Of a stretch of DNA of 64,000 nucleotides, positions 54,448 to 64,000 are shown one piece after another (position 1 is the first letter of the stretch; every line of letters begins with the position of its first letter). The DNA lies in the sequence record KJ019146.1. One strand, 5' to 3'. Below the pieces are notes generated by a model. That model had not been told where the DNA came from, searched no databases, and saw nothing but the letters and a program-made list of their open reading frames with translations. Position numbers and translations under genes: made by a program.

Positions 54448-54654
54448 ATGAAACGCCCAGCCTTTTATTTGGTTGCGAGTGTTGTTATTGTTCAGATGCT
54501 AATGGCGGCGGGGGTATTATTTGGTTGTTTCGCACGACCGGATCCCCGTTGTACCGGAGATAAGGCATCTGATTTATTGAATAATATTATTGTACAAACT
54601 TTCGCACTCTATGCGGCTGAGAAAGTTACCCATAAAGATGATAAACAAGTATAG
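54448..54654 (+). CDS. hypothetical membrane protein
   Basis: 68 aa; TATAAATA at 54413-54420. Confidence 0.6.
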   Translation: MKRPAFYLVASVVIVQMLMAAGVLFGCFARPDPRCTGDKASDLLNNIIVQTFALYAAEKVTHKDDKQV

Positions 54655-54693
54655 TGTGGTAGAATAGGGGAGACCACCTCCACCTATTTTTTT

Positions 54694-55182
54694 ATGCCTA
54701 TCAATAAAGAGTATTATGATAAATGGTATGGGATATGGAGTTCCCAATCAGAAGATGTATTGGAAGTTACTGCCTTAGTTAGAGCTATTGAATGTACTAA
54801 TGGGTGTATTCAGTGGGCGTTTAGGGATGATGATGACAGGTCACTACCCATTGAGAAGACCAGAGAGGCTATGAAACTCTCCATGGGTGTGATGAAGAAT
54901 AAAGTTTTACCATTCCCTGATGGTGGGAAGTTTGTTATCCCAGAGGATGTAGTTCCCCTCATGGATAAGTCCAGAGATATTTACATTAGAGGATTCAAAC
55001 AAGGTGATGAGGATGCCTACCAAGAGTTTATGGCACTATCCAAGTCACACTTTGTTGTAATGGGTAGAGAGAGGATGGATAGAAACTTCCAGAAGGTGAA
55101 GGACCATTTCATAGATGTGTTTAGTGACTACTGGATTGAGATGGGTAGGGGATACGTTTATGCCCTTGGGGAGTTTGTATAA
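54694..55182 (+). CDS. hypothetical protein
   Basis: 162-aa ORF. Confidence 0.75.
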   Translation: MPINKEYYDKWYGIWSSQSEDVLEVTALVRAIECTNGCIQWAFRDDDDRSLPIEKTREAMKLSMGVMKNKVLPFPDGGKFVIPEDVVPLMDKSRDIYIRGFKQGDEDAYQEFMALSKSHFVVMGRERMDRNFQKVKDHFIDVFSDYWIEMGRGYVYALGEFV

Positions 55183-55206
55183 ATATCGGGTATCGCTTCT
55201 CCTCCA

Positions 55207-55398
55207 ATGGACGAAAATAGTGCATCACGTATTTTAGATTCAGCAGGAAAAGGTGGGCATGTTAATCCTACCGCCCTGGCTGTTACCATCCGTGCCGCAG
55301 TGAAGGAATGTCTAGACCATAATGGTATGGTTAGTATGTCATCCCTCTACGAACTCAGTTGTCAGTTGGAAAAGAAGGGAAAAGAGTGGTATGATTAG
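55207..55398 (+). CDS. hypothetical protein
   Basis: 63 aa; TATAAATA at 55178-55185. Confidence 0.6.
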   Translation: MDENSASRILDSAGKGGHVNPTALAVTIRAAVKECLDHNGMVSMSSLYELSCQLEKKGKEWYD

Positions 55399-55418
55399 TA
55401 AACTTATTTGGTGATGTC

Positions 55419-55619
55419 ATGAGTGAAAAACTTTGGGTGAAGATGGCGGAAGTATTCTACAATAAGGATGCTGAGACCGCAGAACGAATGGGAGTTGAGA
55501 ACTTCTTCAATAAAGCAGCATCTAAAATGATTGCAGTTGTTGCTGAGAGTGTTGAGGGGGAGGAAAAACTATACCTAGAAGAGCAATCCAAAATAGCAGA
55601 GGCTGAGCAACGAGTATGA
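55419..55619 (+). CDS. hypothetical protein
   Basis: 66-aa ORF. Confidence 0.6.
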   Translation: MSEKLWVKMAEVFYNKDAETAERMGVENFFNKAASKMIAVVAESVEGEEKLYLEEQSKIAEAEQRV

Positions 55620-55843
55620 ACACTTACTATGTGATAGTATACACACTAGTATTCTTTGTTGGTGTGTGTATTATTGAACCCAACCTACTCAAGTGGATAG
55701 AACTCCAGTTTAAGTGGGCAGGTATAAACGTTAGAAGAGCTATACTTATAGTTCAATTTCATCCACGTAACTTTGTTACCAACTGGATAATTCGTAGGAA
55801 GTTTCAGAAGATTATCAGAGAACATAGTCAACCTAAAGAGTAG
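55616..55843 (+). CDS. hypothetical membrane protein
   Basis: 75 aa; ATGA overlap. Confidence 0.6.
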   Translation: MNTYYVIVYTLVFFVGVCIIEPNLLKWIELQFKWAGINVRRAILIVQFHPRNFVTNWIIRRKFQKIIREHSQPKE

Positions 55844-55852
55844 GAGTTAGTT

Positions 55853-56029
55853 GTGATTGAGACTTTGGCATTTGTTTTCCTTTCATGCCAAGATGCACGT
55901 CAGGTTGCGGATCGTGCAATGAATACTGAGAGTATTACCAAAGAAGTAGCCATAGAAGTTATTATTGAACTTGATATAGCTTCTGGTGGTAAATGTAACT
56001 TACCTGGAATAACTGATGGGAATGTTTGA
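55853..56029 (+). CDS. small hypothetical protein (58 aa)
   Basis: Read by hand; AGGAG SD before GTG. Confidence 0.5.
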   Translation: MIETLAFVFLSCQDARQVADRAMNTESITKEVAIEVIIELDIASGGKCNLPGITDGNV

Positions 56030-56405
56030 TACTATAAGATGCTCCTATGATATTGGAGAACTCACTGATGTAGAATGTCAGTCTAAGAATATAGATGATT
56101 GGGGAGGCACTATGTCTTTCTATTGGGTAGATCCTAATGGGAGGTTGTGGTCTCCCAGTTATGCTGGAACCTATGACTTTGTTCCTGAAGAGGGCCCCTT
56201 CCCTGAGCTCGGAAAGGGGAAGCTTAGTCATGTACAATATTTGGGTACTACACCTAATGGAACTCATGGGAAGTATCAGTTCATACCTATGACACGATGT
56301 ATAGAAATATATGATACAAAAACACATGCGGATGGGTATGTAGAGTTTGTGACATGTTACTTGTCATTCTACCAAGGATTACTGAGAGATTACTTTTATA
56401 AATAA
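56016..56405 (+). CDS. hypothetical protein (MGMFDTI...CSY family)
   Basis: 129-aa ORF. Confidence 0.7.
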   Translation: MGMFDTIRCSYDIGELTDVECQSKNIDDWGGTMSFYWVDPNGRLWSPSYAGTYDFVPEEGPFPELGKGKLSHVQYLGTTPNGTHGKYQFIPMTRCIEIYDTKTHADGYVEFVTCYLSFYQGLLRDYFYK

Positions 56406-56430
56406 GTCCATATAGAGTTGTTTTTAACCA

Positions 56431-57918
56431 ATGGACCTCCAATCATATATCCAACTTAAAGAGGCGTACACCAACGTCCACTCCCCAAAGGTAGAAGTCA
56501 CTAGAGAAGAAGTTGATTCTTTCATTGATGCCTTATTGGAAGAAGGATACGATCTAAGTGAGTTTACTTGGGAAGAAGTCCGTGATGCTTACCTAGAAGA
56601 GGGTATTGCTAATAATCCTCGTTATGGAGTTATTGGTCAAGGTGCAAGACTTCTTCAGAAAGGTTTTGGTAACAAACAACAGGGAGATGCTGCTAGGGAT
56701 TATGAGACATCTGTAAATAATATTAATAGTCGTAGAAATCAAAATTCTAGTACATCAACTGCAACTGCTAACGAGATTGCAGCAGAAACCAAAGGTAGGA
56801 AAGCTCAGACAGGTGGTGGATCTAGTTCTAGTGGATCTAGTTCTAGTGGATCTGGTGGATCAAGTCTCTCTGATTCTGTTGCTAGAAAACAGAAAGAGGC
56901 TGATGCCAAACGCGCAAGACAAAGGGAGACTGGTGGAACTGGAGCCACCGACAATAAGCCCGCTGGTGGTTCTGGCGGTTCTGGTGGTTCTGGTGGCTCC
57001 GGTGGCTCCGGTGGTTCTGGTGGATCCGGTGGCGGCAGTAATAGACCAGTAGCAAAGGCTAAGCCAGTACAGACAGCACAACAGAAGGCAGACTCTTCTA
57101 CTAACGCACAGTATGACAAGTTGAGGAAGTCTGATCCAGCTGCCGCTAAGAAGTTTGGTATGGCTGCATCACAGAAGAAGTTTGGTAATCAACTAAAGCC
57201 AAAGACTCCAAATCCATTGATGAGGGGTATGAATACTGCTTCTACTAAGCCAGCAACTACTCCCAAACCAGCAACTACTCCTAAGCCAACAACTCCAGTA
57301 TCAGACTCATCTCCTGTTAGGGCAATGAGTAAGACTACCCCCACACCAGCTGCCTCCAAGCCAAAGGCAACACCTATCAAGTCAAGTCGCCTAAACAAGG
57401 CACTATCCAGTGTTGGTGAAGCAGTGGAATTTGATTCCTTTGATATCATCCTAGAATACCTAGTTGATTCTGGTTTCCCACAACAGGAAGCTCTCGTCAT
57501 CATGGCGGAAATGCCTGAAGAGAAACGCGAAGAGATTCTCGAAGCTATGAAGCATCGTGACGCCAAGACTGGTGAAGTCACAGACAAGCCTGAAATTGGC
57601 AAGACATACTACCCCCATGGTGAGCGTCAGAAGTCTTCTGTAGCTCTTCGCAAAGAGAAGGAGAGGGCAGATGCTAAAAAGAAATCAGTGAAGGAGGATA
57701 GAGCTTCCCTCGCAGATGCCTATCGGGCAGTTTATTCTGAGGAAGCTTCCGATACTAAAAAGGATAAGCACCTAGAGCGTGGTGGTCACTCTGCTAAGAC
57801 TGACTATAGTAAGCCACCTTCTACTGGTAACACCTTCGGTAAGAAGCCATCTATGAGTGAGGAAGATCGTAGTGAGGCTATGGCTAAGATTGTGGCTAGA
57901 ATGAAAGGTAAGAAATAA
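56431..57918 (+). CDS. low-complexity late protein, probable virion internal protein
   Basis: TATAAATA at 56397-56404; GGS and KPATT repeats. Confidence 0.6.
   Translation: MDLQSYIQLKEAYTNVHSPKVEVTREEVDSFIDALLEEGYDLSEFTWEEVRDAYLEEGIANNPRYGVIGQGARLLQKGFGNKQQGDAARDYETSVNNINSRRNQNSSTSTATANEIAAETKGRKAQTGGGSSSSGSSSSGSGGSSLSDSVARKQKEADAKRARQRETGGTGATDNKPAGGSGGSGGSGGSGGSGGSGGSGGGSNRPVAKAKPVQTAQQKADSSTNAQYDKLRKSDPAAAKKFGMAASQKKFGNQLKPKTPNPLMRGMNTASTKPATTPKPATTPKPTTPVSDSSPVRAMSKTTPTPAASKPKATPIKSSRLNKALSSVGEAVEFDSFDIILEYLVDSGFPQQEALVIMAEMPEEKREEILEAMKHRDAKTGEVTDKPEIGKTYYPHGERQKSSVALRKEKERADAKKKSVKEDRASLADAYRAVYSEEASDTKKDKHLERGGHSAKTDYSKPPSTGNTFGKKPSMSEEDRSEAMAKIVARMKGKK
56965..57035 (+). repeat. 9-nt degenerate coding repeat (GGS, about seven copies)
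   Basis: ggtggttct-like units. Boundaries approximate. Confidence 0.8.
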
Positions 57919-57996
57919 TAGTGTTATAATAACCCCATAGGTCCATTCCCATGGGGTTTTTTGTTATGAATACATAAAACTAAATGGACTTACTCC

Positions 57997-58371
57997 ATGA
58001 ATACATATGGTTCTCCTGAAGGATATCTCTTTAACCTTCATACCTGCTCAGCATCAGAAGCGAAGCGAATGTGGAAAGAATCTATAAAGAATGATTGGAA
58101 ACAAAAATGTGCGTATTGTGGATCGGAACATGAAATTACTTTAGATCATATAGTACCCAAAGCAAAAGGTGGCACTAGTCACACAACCAATATCGTAGCC
58201 TGCTGTCGTTCTTGTAACGCCAGTAAGGCATATGAGGATTGGATTATCTGGTATATTCAACAGCCATTCTTCACTGAAGAGAGGAGGGAGGCTATTGAAA
58301 AGTGGATGGAGAAGGGTCTCCTCAACAATAACTTAGTTGCATATCCACCCAGAAGAAATGTCGTTTATTGA
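57997..58371 (+). CDS. HNH endonuclease (McrA-like)
   Basis: CAYCG...TLDHIVPKAKGG...NIVACCRSCNASK. Confidence 0.9.
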   Translation: MNTYGSPEGYLFNLHTCSASEAKRMWKESIKNDWKQKCAYCGSEHEITLDHIVPKAKGGTSHTTNIVACCRSCNASKAYEDWIIWYIQQPFFTEERREAIEKWMEKGLLNNNLVAYPPRRNVVY

Positions 58372-58377
58372 GTCTTT

Positions 58378-58506
58378 ATGAATTCCTATCACCCGTCTAG
58401 GGCAGATCAAGAACTAGAACTAGAACAGCAAGAACTAAAAACAATCATAGGAGGATCTATACTATCCTTCTTCACTGTACTTATACCTTTTATTATACTT
58501 CTCTAA
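58378..58506 (+). CDS. small membrane protein (42 aa)
   Basis: Read by hand. Confidence 0.4.
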   Translation: MNSYHPSRADQELELEQQELKTIIGGSILSFFTVLIPFIILL

Positions 58507-58525
58507 AACCTTTCAGTTCAGGCGA

Positions 58526-58533
58526 TATAAATA
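58526..58533 (+). promoter_or_regulatory. T4-type late promoter
   Basis: TATAAATA upstream of the giant structural gene. Confidence 0.7.
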
Positions 58534-58587
58534 AACCTAAGAAGAGTATATGCGTTCTTCGTCGGATAGCCTGAATCGACAAAAGAG

Positions 58588-61500
58588 ATGATCTCAACAG
58601 CGACTAAGATTAAATTTAAAAGGTCTGGTGTAGCCGGACGTAGACCCTCCTTAGCTGATCTTCAGTTAGGTGAATTGGGGATCAATTATAACGATGGTAA
58701 ACTATTTTTCCGACAGGAAAATGAAGTAGTTGGCTCTCGTATCATTGAACCTGGACAGGGTGATGTAATCGGTAAGACTATTTTCGTATCCACAAAGGGT
58801 AACGATAACAATAGTGGTCTTAACGAAAGAGATGCCAAGAGAACTGTTAAAGCGGCCGCCGCAGTAGCAGAACCTGGTGACTCCATCAAACTGTATCCAG
58901 GTCAGTACATCGAAGATAACCCTATCGTATTTAAGGATAGGGTATCTGTAGAGGGTATGGAGCTTCGTAACGTTCTCGTTACTCCAGCCAACCCCAGTAA
59001 AGACTTGTATCAAGTTGGTGAGGCGTTCCACGCTACCAACCATTCCTTTGTGTCCAATAGGGATTCAACAGATGGTGCCTCTATTATCACCTATCGTCCT
59101 CTAGAGGGAACTGCGTCTGACAGGTATTTTGACGCGGCTAGACTCATCAGGGACAATCTTAGCTTCATTGCTAACGAGACAGTAGGTTTCCTAACCAGTG
59201 GATATTCAGGCTTTGCCGCTGGTCAGAGATCACAGGACGCTGCTCGTGCTCTAGAACTAAACAAGAACTTCATAGTAGAAGAAGCATTTCAATATATTAA
59301 CTCTCCTGATTATACAGGAGCCACATACTTCAACCCAGACCCAGCACAGTGTAAGAGAGACCTAGGAAATATCATTGATGGTTGGAGATATGATCTCATC
59401 TCTGATGGTAACACCAGATCTACTGGTCTTGGTCTAACCTACTACGCACCTATTCCCTTTGTGAATAGTGCTAATGTTGCTGACCTTGTATACAACAGAA
59501 ATAACGGTGATGTTCTAATTGAAACCGACGTAGATACACAGGTTTCAGTTGGTGAGAAGATCAAACTACAGGATATCAGACTAGAGTGTGGTTCCTACAA
59601 CAACGATTTCCTCATCACTGGTTTCAAGTATGATAATACCAGTGGTATTGGAACAGTCAATCTACCATTCATTCATAACGTCAAGGTTGGAGACCTTGTT
59701 AAGTTTGATGGTTTAGAGTTTGATTGTCCTGCCTATGGTGCCATTGAATATGGTATCCAAGACTTCAAGTATAATGAAACTACTGGTGGAAGTGTTGTCA
59801 CACTCACCGAAGATCACGATCTAAAGATTGGTGACACCATTGAACTAAGAGACCTTCAGTTCGATTGTCCCGCCTATGGTGGTGACTTCACTAACATCAT
59901 CAACCTAGAATACAATAAGACCAGTGGTCAGGGTGTTATCACATATGACAAACCCGCCGATCTCAAGTCTGGTGACGTTGTTATCCTCTATGACCTCACA
60001 CTAACTTGTGATGCTTATGGTAACGCTATCTCAGTTACTGATTTCTCTTATGATAACTTCACTGGTATCACTGAAGTAGAAGTAAATAGACCCCACAACC
60101 TCCGTCCCGGAGACCTAATCAAACTAGAGAACCTTAAGTTCTCTTGTGATTCCTACCTTAATGAAACATACAAGGTCTCTAACTTTGTATATAATGAGAG
60201 CACTGGTGATAGTGTCCTCACCCTAACTGAACCACATAGTTTAGTTGCTGGTAAGAACGTCAGACTTGCTGACCTAGTTTTCTCCTGTAACTCCTATGTT
60301 CCAACCGCTAAAGCAATCTCTAATTTCCAGTATGATGAAGTAGTTGGTATCTCTACTATTACTCTAGCATCTCCACACAACTTATCAGTTGGTGAGCAAT
60401 TCAGACTAGAGGACCTAGTATTCTCCTGTAACTCATACTCCTTCACTGATATTCCTATCATTGATGCACCATATGATAATGTAACTGGTTATGTAACCCT
60501 ATCGTTCTCTGGTGACCACGGACAACAGGTTGGTGAGAGAGTAAGACTCAGAGATATTGAGTACTCCTGCCCTGGTGGTTCAGGTATCACTACAACCTTG
60601 TTCCCTGATGGAACCTTTGGTTATGAGTTTGAAATCCTAAGTGTTCCAAACACTAAGAAGATGATTCTTAATGTTGGCACCTCCACTATTGAACACTCCT
60701 ATGTGAGTGGTGGTACTGCTACCGTTGGTATTACAACTACTATCTTCCCTGATGGAACACAAGGTTTCGACTTCAATGTATCCAGTGTTAATAGTTCCAC
60801 TGTTATCGAAGCAAGTGTTGGTATTTCTACCATCGCTCACAACTATGTTTCTGGTGGATCATTATTCGTTGGTTTCACTACCACAGTATTCCCCGATGGA
60901 ACACAAGGTGATACCTTCAGAGTTAATTCTATTCCTTCTAGCACTCAAATCAGTGTTAATGTTGGTGTATCTTCTATCGCCCATACTTTCGTATCCGGTG
61001 GTACAGCAACTGACCTAGACTCTTTCATCCCTGTATCTGGTTTCACCTACAATGAAGGTGACGGAACTGGACTAGTATCCCTAGACAAGGCACACAACCT
61101 AGTGGTTGGTGACTCTTTTGTTCTAGAGGATCTTAAGTTCAACTGTAACTCCTACAGAACAGGTGGTACTTCTACTATTGATATCACTAACTTTGAGTAT
61201 GATAAGGTAACCGGACTATCTACAGTCACACTATCTTCTTCACACAACCTACATGTTAATGATACCGTAGCACTATATGATATCAAGTTCTCTTGTCCTG
61301 GTGGTTCAGGTATTACAACTAATATCTTCCCCGATGGAACCAGAGACAACTTCTATGATGTAGTTGCTGACCTAAACCCCAACCAGATTATTGTTCGTGT
61401 TGGTAAGTCTGACATTACTCACACATACGCTAGTGGTGGTAGTCTATCCGTTGGTATCACTACTAACATCTTCCCTGATGGAACTAGACCTTCTGGTGAC

Positions 61501-62898
61501 TTCTTCCAGGTTATCTCTGTTCCTTCTACCAAGTCTGTTCTAACTCAGGTTGGTCTATCCTCTATCGCCCACTCATACGCAAGTGGTGGTAAGTTCTACA
61601 CTGGTATCACTACTAATGTATTCCCACAGGTATTCACTGACCCCAACATCAAGGTAACCAACGCTGTATATGATGAAGTATCTGGTGTTATCACCATTAC
61701 TACTAACAAGGCACACGGACTTACCGCTACCGCACCTGTTCTACTACAGGACCTAAACTTCTCTTGCCTCTCTGGTGGTGTAGGAAACACCCCAGGCAAC
61801 CTTGTGTTCCCCAGGAACCAGGAAGTTTATGATGTTGTATCCGTTCTATCCCCCACCCAATATACGATCAATGTAGGTCCTTCTGACTTCTCTCACGCAT
61901 ATGTTGATGGTGGTACTTCTACCACACAGAACATCACTAAGGCATCCTACAACAAAGGAACTGGTGATCTAACAGTAACCCTAGACAAGCAACACGGTTA
62001 TTCAGTTGGTGATCGTGCTAGTGTGGTTGATCTCCTCTTCTCCTGTCAGTCTGGTGGTCCTAACAACCAACCTGGAACACTTCTATTCCCTCGTCCTACT
62101 GATGAGTATGAAGTTCTATCCGCAAGTGGTAAGACACTCACAGTTAATGTTGGAGCGTTCCCATCACTAGTTCATACCTATAAGAATGGTGGATCACTAA
62201 CCTATAGTTCTACTGTGCTTCCTGTAACTAACGCAGTTTATGATCAATCAACTGGAGTTCTAACACTCACCACATCAATTGCACTAGGGGCACCTGTTGG
62301 TTCTACCATTAAGATGCAGGGTCTAAACTTCTCCTGTGCTTCTGGTGGTCCTGGTAATGACGCTGGTGCTATTGTATTCCCAAGACTAGACACCCCTACC
62401 TTCAAGGTGAAGGAAGTCAAGAGTGGTGTATCCTATGTTATCAATGTAGGAACCTCTACACTCTCACACACATATACATCTGGTGGTTTCTCCTCACTCA
62501 AGAAGTTGAAGAACGACCCCAATATTTTCAAAGTTATCGACACCCCAACACCCAGTAAGGTTATTACTAATGTAGGTGTCTCATCTATCGCTCATGACTA
62601 TGTGAGTGGTGGTAATATGTTTGTGGGTATCACCACTAATGTATTCCCTGATGGAACTCGCCCTGATGGAAGTAGGTTCGAAGTTATCTCCGCCCTATCA
62701 CCCAACCAGGCATGTTTGTGGGTATCACCACTAATGTATTCCCTGATGGAACTCGCCCTGATGGAAGTAGGTTCGAAGTTATCTCCGCCCTATCACCCAA
62801 CCAGGCACTCATCAACATCGGTGTTTCTACTATCACCCACAACTACGATAGTGGTGGTAGGATGCAGTATGGCACTACCAATGAGAGACCTGTTCTAG
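58588..62898 (+). CDS. giant repetitive virion structural protein (tail/baseplate-associated), N-terminal part
   Basis: Opens with IKFKRSGVAG..P...LQLGELGIN..DGKLF, followed by many ~100-aa repeats. The last ~60 aa are out of frame after the duplication. Confidence 0.75.
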   Translation: MISTATKIKFKRSGVAGRRPSLADLQLGELGINYNDGKLFFRQENEVVGSRIIEPGQGDVIGKTIFVSTKGNDNNSGLNERDAKRTVKAAAAVAEPGDSIKLYPGQYIEDNPIVFKDRVSVEGMELRNVLVTPANPSKDLYQVGEAFHATNHSFVSNRDSTDGASIITYRPLEGTASDRYFDAARLIRDNLSFIANETVGFLTSGYSGFAAGQRSQDAARALELNKNFIVEEAFQYINSPDYTGATYFNPDPAQCKRDLGNIIDGWRYDLISDGNTRSTGLGLTYYAPIPFVNSANVADLVYNRNNGDVLIETDVDTQVSVGEKIKLQDIRLECGSYNNDFLITGFKYDNTSGIGTVNLPFIHNVKVGDLVKFDGLEFDCPAYGAIEYGIQDFKYNETTGGSVVTLTEDHDLKIGDTIELRDLQFDCPAYGGDFTNIINLEYNKTSGQGVITYDKPADLKSGDVVILYDLTLTCDAYGNAISVTDFSYDNFTGITEVEVNRPHNLRPGDLIKLENLKFSCDSYLNETYKVSNFVYNESTGDSVLTLTEPHSLVAGKNVRLADLVFSCNSYVPTAKAISNFQYDEVVGISTITLASPHNLSVGEQFRLEDLVFSCNSYSFTDIPIIDAPYDNVTGYVTLSFSGDHGQQVGERVRLRDIEYSCPGGSGITTTLFPDGTFGYEFEILSVPNTKKMILNVGTSTIEHSYVSGGTATVGITTTIFPDGTQGFDFNVSSVNSSTVIEASVGISTIAHNYVSGGSLFVGFTTTVFPDGTQGDTFRVNSIPSSTQISVNVGVSSIAHTFVSGGTATDLDSFIPVSGFTYNEGDGTGLVSLDKAHNLVVGDSFVLEDLKFNCNSYRTGGTSTIDITNFEYDKVTGLSTVTLSSSHNLHVNDTVALYDIKFSCPGGSGITTNIFPDGTRDNFYDVVADLNPNQIIVRVGKSDITHTYASGGSLSVGITTNIFPDGTRPSGDFFQVISVPSTKSVLTQVGLSSIAHSYASGGKFYTGITTNVFPQVFTDPNIKVTNAVYDEVSGVITITTNKAHGLTATAPVLLQDLNFSCLSGGVGNTPGNLVFPRNQEVYDVVSVLSPTQYTINVGPSDFSHAYVDGGTSTTQNITKASYNKGTGDLTVTLDKQHGYSVGDRASVVDLLFSCQSGGPNNQPGTLLFPRPTDEYEVLSASGKTLTVNVGAFPSLVHTYKNGGSLTYSSTVLPVTNAVYDQSTGVLTLTTSIALGAPVGSTIKMQGLNFSCASGGPGNDAGAIVFPRLDTPTFKVKEVKSGVSYVINVGTSTLSHTYTSGGFSSLKKLKNDPNIFKVIDTPTPSKVITNVGVSSIAHDYVSGGNMFVGITTNVFPDGTRPDGSRFEVISALSPNQACLWVSPLMYSLMELALMEVGSKLSPPYHPTRHSSTSVFLLSPTTTIVVVGCSMALPMRDLF
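62617..62806 (+). repeat. exact 95-bp tandem duplication causing a frameshift
   Basis: 62617-62711 is identical to 62712-62806 (atgtttgtgggtatc...cccaaccaggc). Confidence 0.93.
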
Positions 62899-64000
62899 AC
62901 TTCCTATATGATGGTCAGACTGGTATTTCCACTGTAACCATCAGAGGAACCCATGGTTTGTCACAGGGTGACCTAGTGAAACTCAAAGGTCTTGAGTTCT
63001 CTTGCACCAACTCACCTGGTATTACAACTACTATCTTCCCAGATGGAACTGCCGCTGGTCTCAATATCTACAAGGTTACTGAGATTATTAGTAACAGTAC
63101 CTTCAAGACAAATGTAGGTAGAGTTGGATTCGATCATACTTACATCCAAGGTGGTTCCGCTTTCGTTGGTATCACTACTAACATCTTCCCCGATGGAACA
63201 CAAGGTTATAACTACACAGTTGCCGCCATTCCTAATAAGAATCAGGTAACAGTTGATGTGGGTATCTCCAGTATCCAACATGATTATATTCGTGGTGGAT
63301 CACTATTCTCTGGTAAGACTAACGAGAGAGATATCGCAGACTTCAAGTATGATCACATCTCTGGTGATGCGGTTCTTACCTTCAGAAAGGCACAGAACTT
63401 ATTCACACAAGATCTAGTAAAACTTAAGAACCTTCAGTTTGATTGTCCAAACTCTACTGGTATCACTACTACTCTCTTCCCAGACGGAACCAGAAGTAAC
63501 CTCTTCCTAATCAAGGAGAGACTAAACCCAACACAGTTCAAACTCAATGTTGGCACTTCACCATTCGGTCATGACTATGTGAGAGGAACAGGTCAGGCAT
63601 TCGTTGGTATCACTACTAACATCTTCCCTGATACCAAGACACAACCAAGTAAGTTATTCAAGGTTGTTGATGTTCCAACTCCTACTACTATCTCTGCCAA
63701 GATTGGTGTATCCACTATCTCCCACTCATATGTTAAGGGTGGTAAGGTATTCGTTGGTATTAACACTGATATCTTCCCTGGAGATGAGCAAGTATCACCA
63801 CTAGGTGACACATATACAGTTCAGAGTATCACTAAAGATGGTGAGTTGGTTATCAATGTTGGACTATCTTCTATCAGTCACTCCTATGGTGGCGGTGGTA
63901 AGGTTCTATATGGACAGAGTTCTGGTAACAACCTACAACATATCACTGGTCCTGGTGTACTAGACGCAACCATCGCCGCTATCGATTTCGAGAAACAGGT
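62712..64000 (+). CDS. continuation of the giant structural protein in the shifted frame, open to the window end
   Basis: Read by hand: MFVGITTNVFPDGT...ALINIGVSTITHNYDSGG...; no stop up to 64000; same repeat type as upstream. Confidence 0.8.
   Translation, partial: MFVGITTNVFPDGTRPDGSRFEVISALSPNQALINIGVSTITHNYDSGGRMQYGTTNERPVLDFLYDGQTGISTVTIRGTHGLSQGDLVKLKGLEFSCTNSPGITTTIFPDGTAAGLNIYKVTEIISNSTFKTNVGRVGFDHTYIQGGSAFVGITTNIFPDGTQGYNYTVAAIPNKNQVTVDVGISSIQHDYIRGGSLFSGKTNERDIADFKYDHISGDAVLTFRKAQNLFTQDLVKLKNLQFDCPNSTGITTTLFPDGTRSNLFLIKERLNPTQFKLNVGTSPFGHDYVRGTGQAFVGITTNIFPDTKTQPSKLFKVVDVPTPTTISAKIGVSTISHSYVKGGKVFVGINTDIFPGDEQVSPLGDTYTVQSITKDGELVINVGLSSISHSYGGGGKVLYGQSSGNNLQHITGPGVLDATIAAIDFEKQ

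Noticed and set aside
521-63811. The many minus-strand and alternate-frame ORFs nested in recognised genes
   Set aside because: They are shadow ORFs of strongly + strand-biased coding sequence, with no motifs or SD sites.
1-64000. CRISPR or TIGR-like array
   Set aside because: No regularly spaced non-coding repeats were found in any intergenic gap. All repeats seen are coding or the single 95-bp duplication.

Overview
A 64-kb segment of a T4-like cyanomyovirus genome, most likely infecting marine Synechococcus or Prochlorococcus. Almost every gene is on the + strand. In order, the window holds: replication genes (a C-terminal, apparently split gp43 DNA polymerase, uvsX, gp41 helicase); mazG; a small-RNA operon (tRNA-Arg TCT, tRNA-Asn GTT and two structured ncRNA candidates); a nuclease/DNA-methyltransferase island; a sigma70-family sigma factor; probable head-internal proteins; gp61 primase; nrdAB; an unannotated ndhP-like gene; endolysin, cpeT-like and def genes; a ~10-kb glycan biosynthesis cluster; hli x2 and petF; a tail fibre; psbA and psbD; a type IV pilin cassette; talC; and a giant repetitive virion protein broken by an exact 95-bp tandem duplication. 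Host-type TTGACA-N17-TATAAT and T4-late TATAAATA promoters are both readable. The strongest leads are three. (1) A 796-aa protein with a T4-internal-protein-like N-terminus and a Cas9-type HNH domain, next to four methyltransferase genes, two of which lack the SAM-binding half. (2) A Gmd/ColD/Fcl + GT11 + GT6 set that predicts a colitose- or fucose-containing, blood-group-like glycan. (3) A phage-borne type IV pilin cassette. All family calls come from motif recognition by eye; no searches were run.
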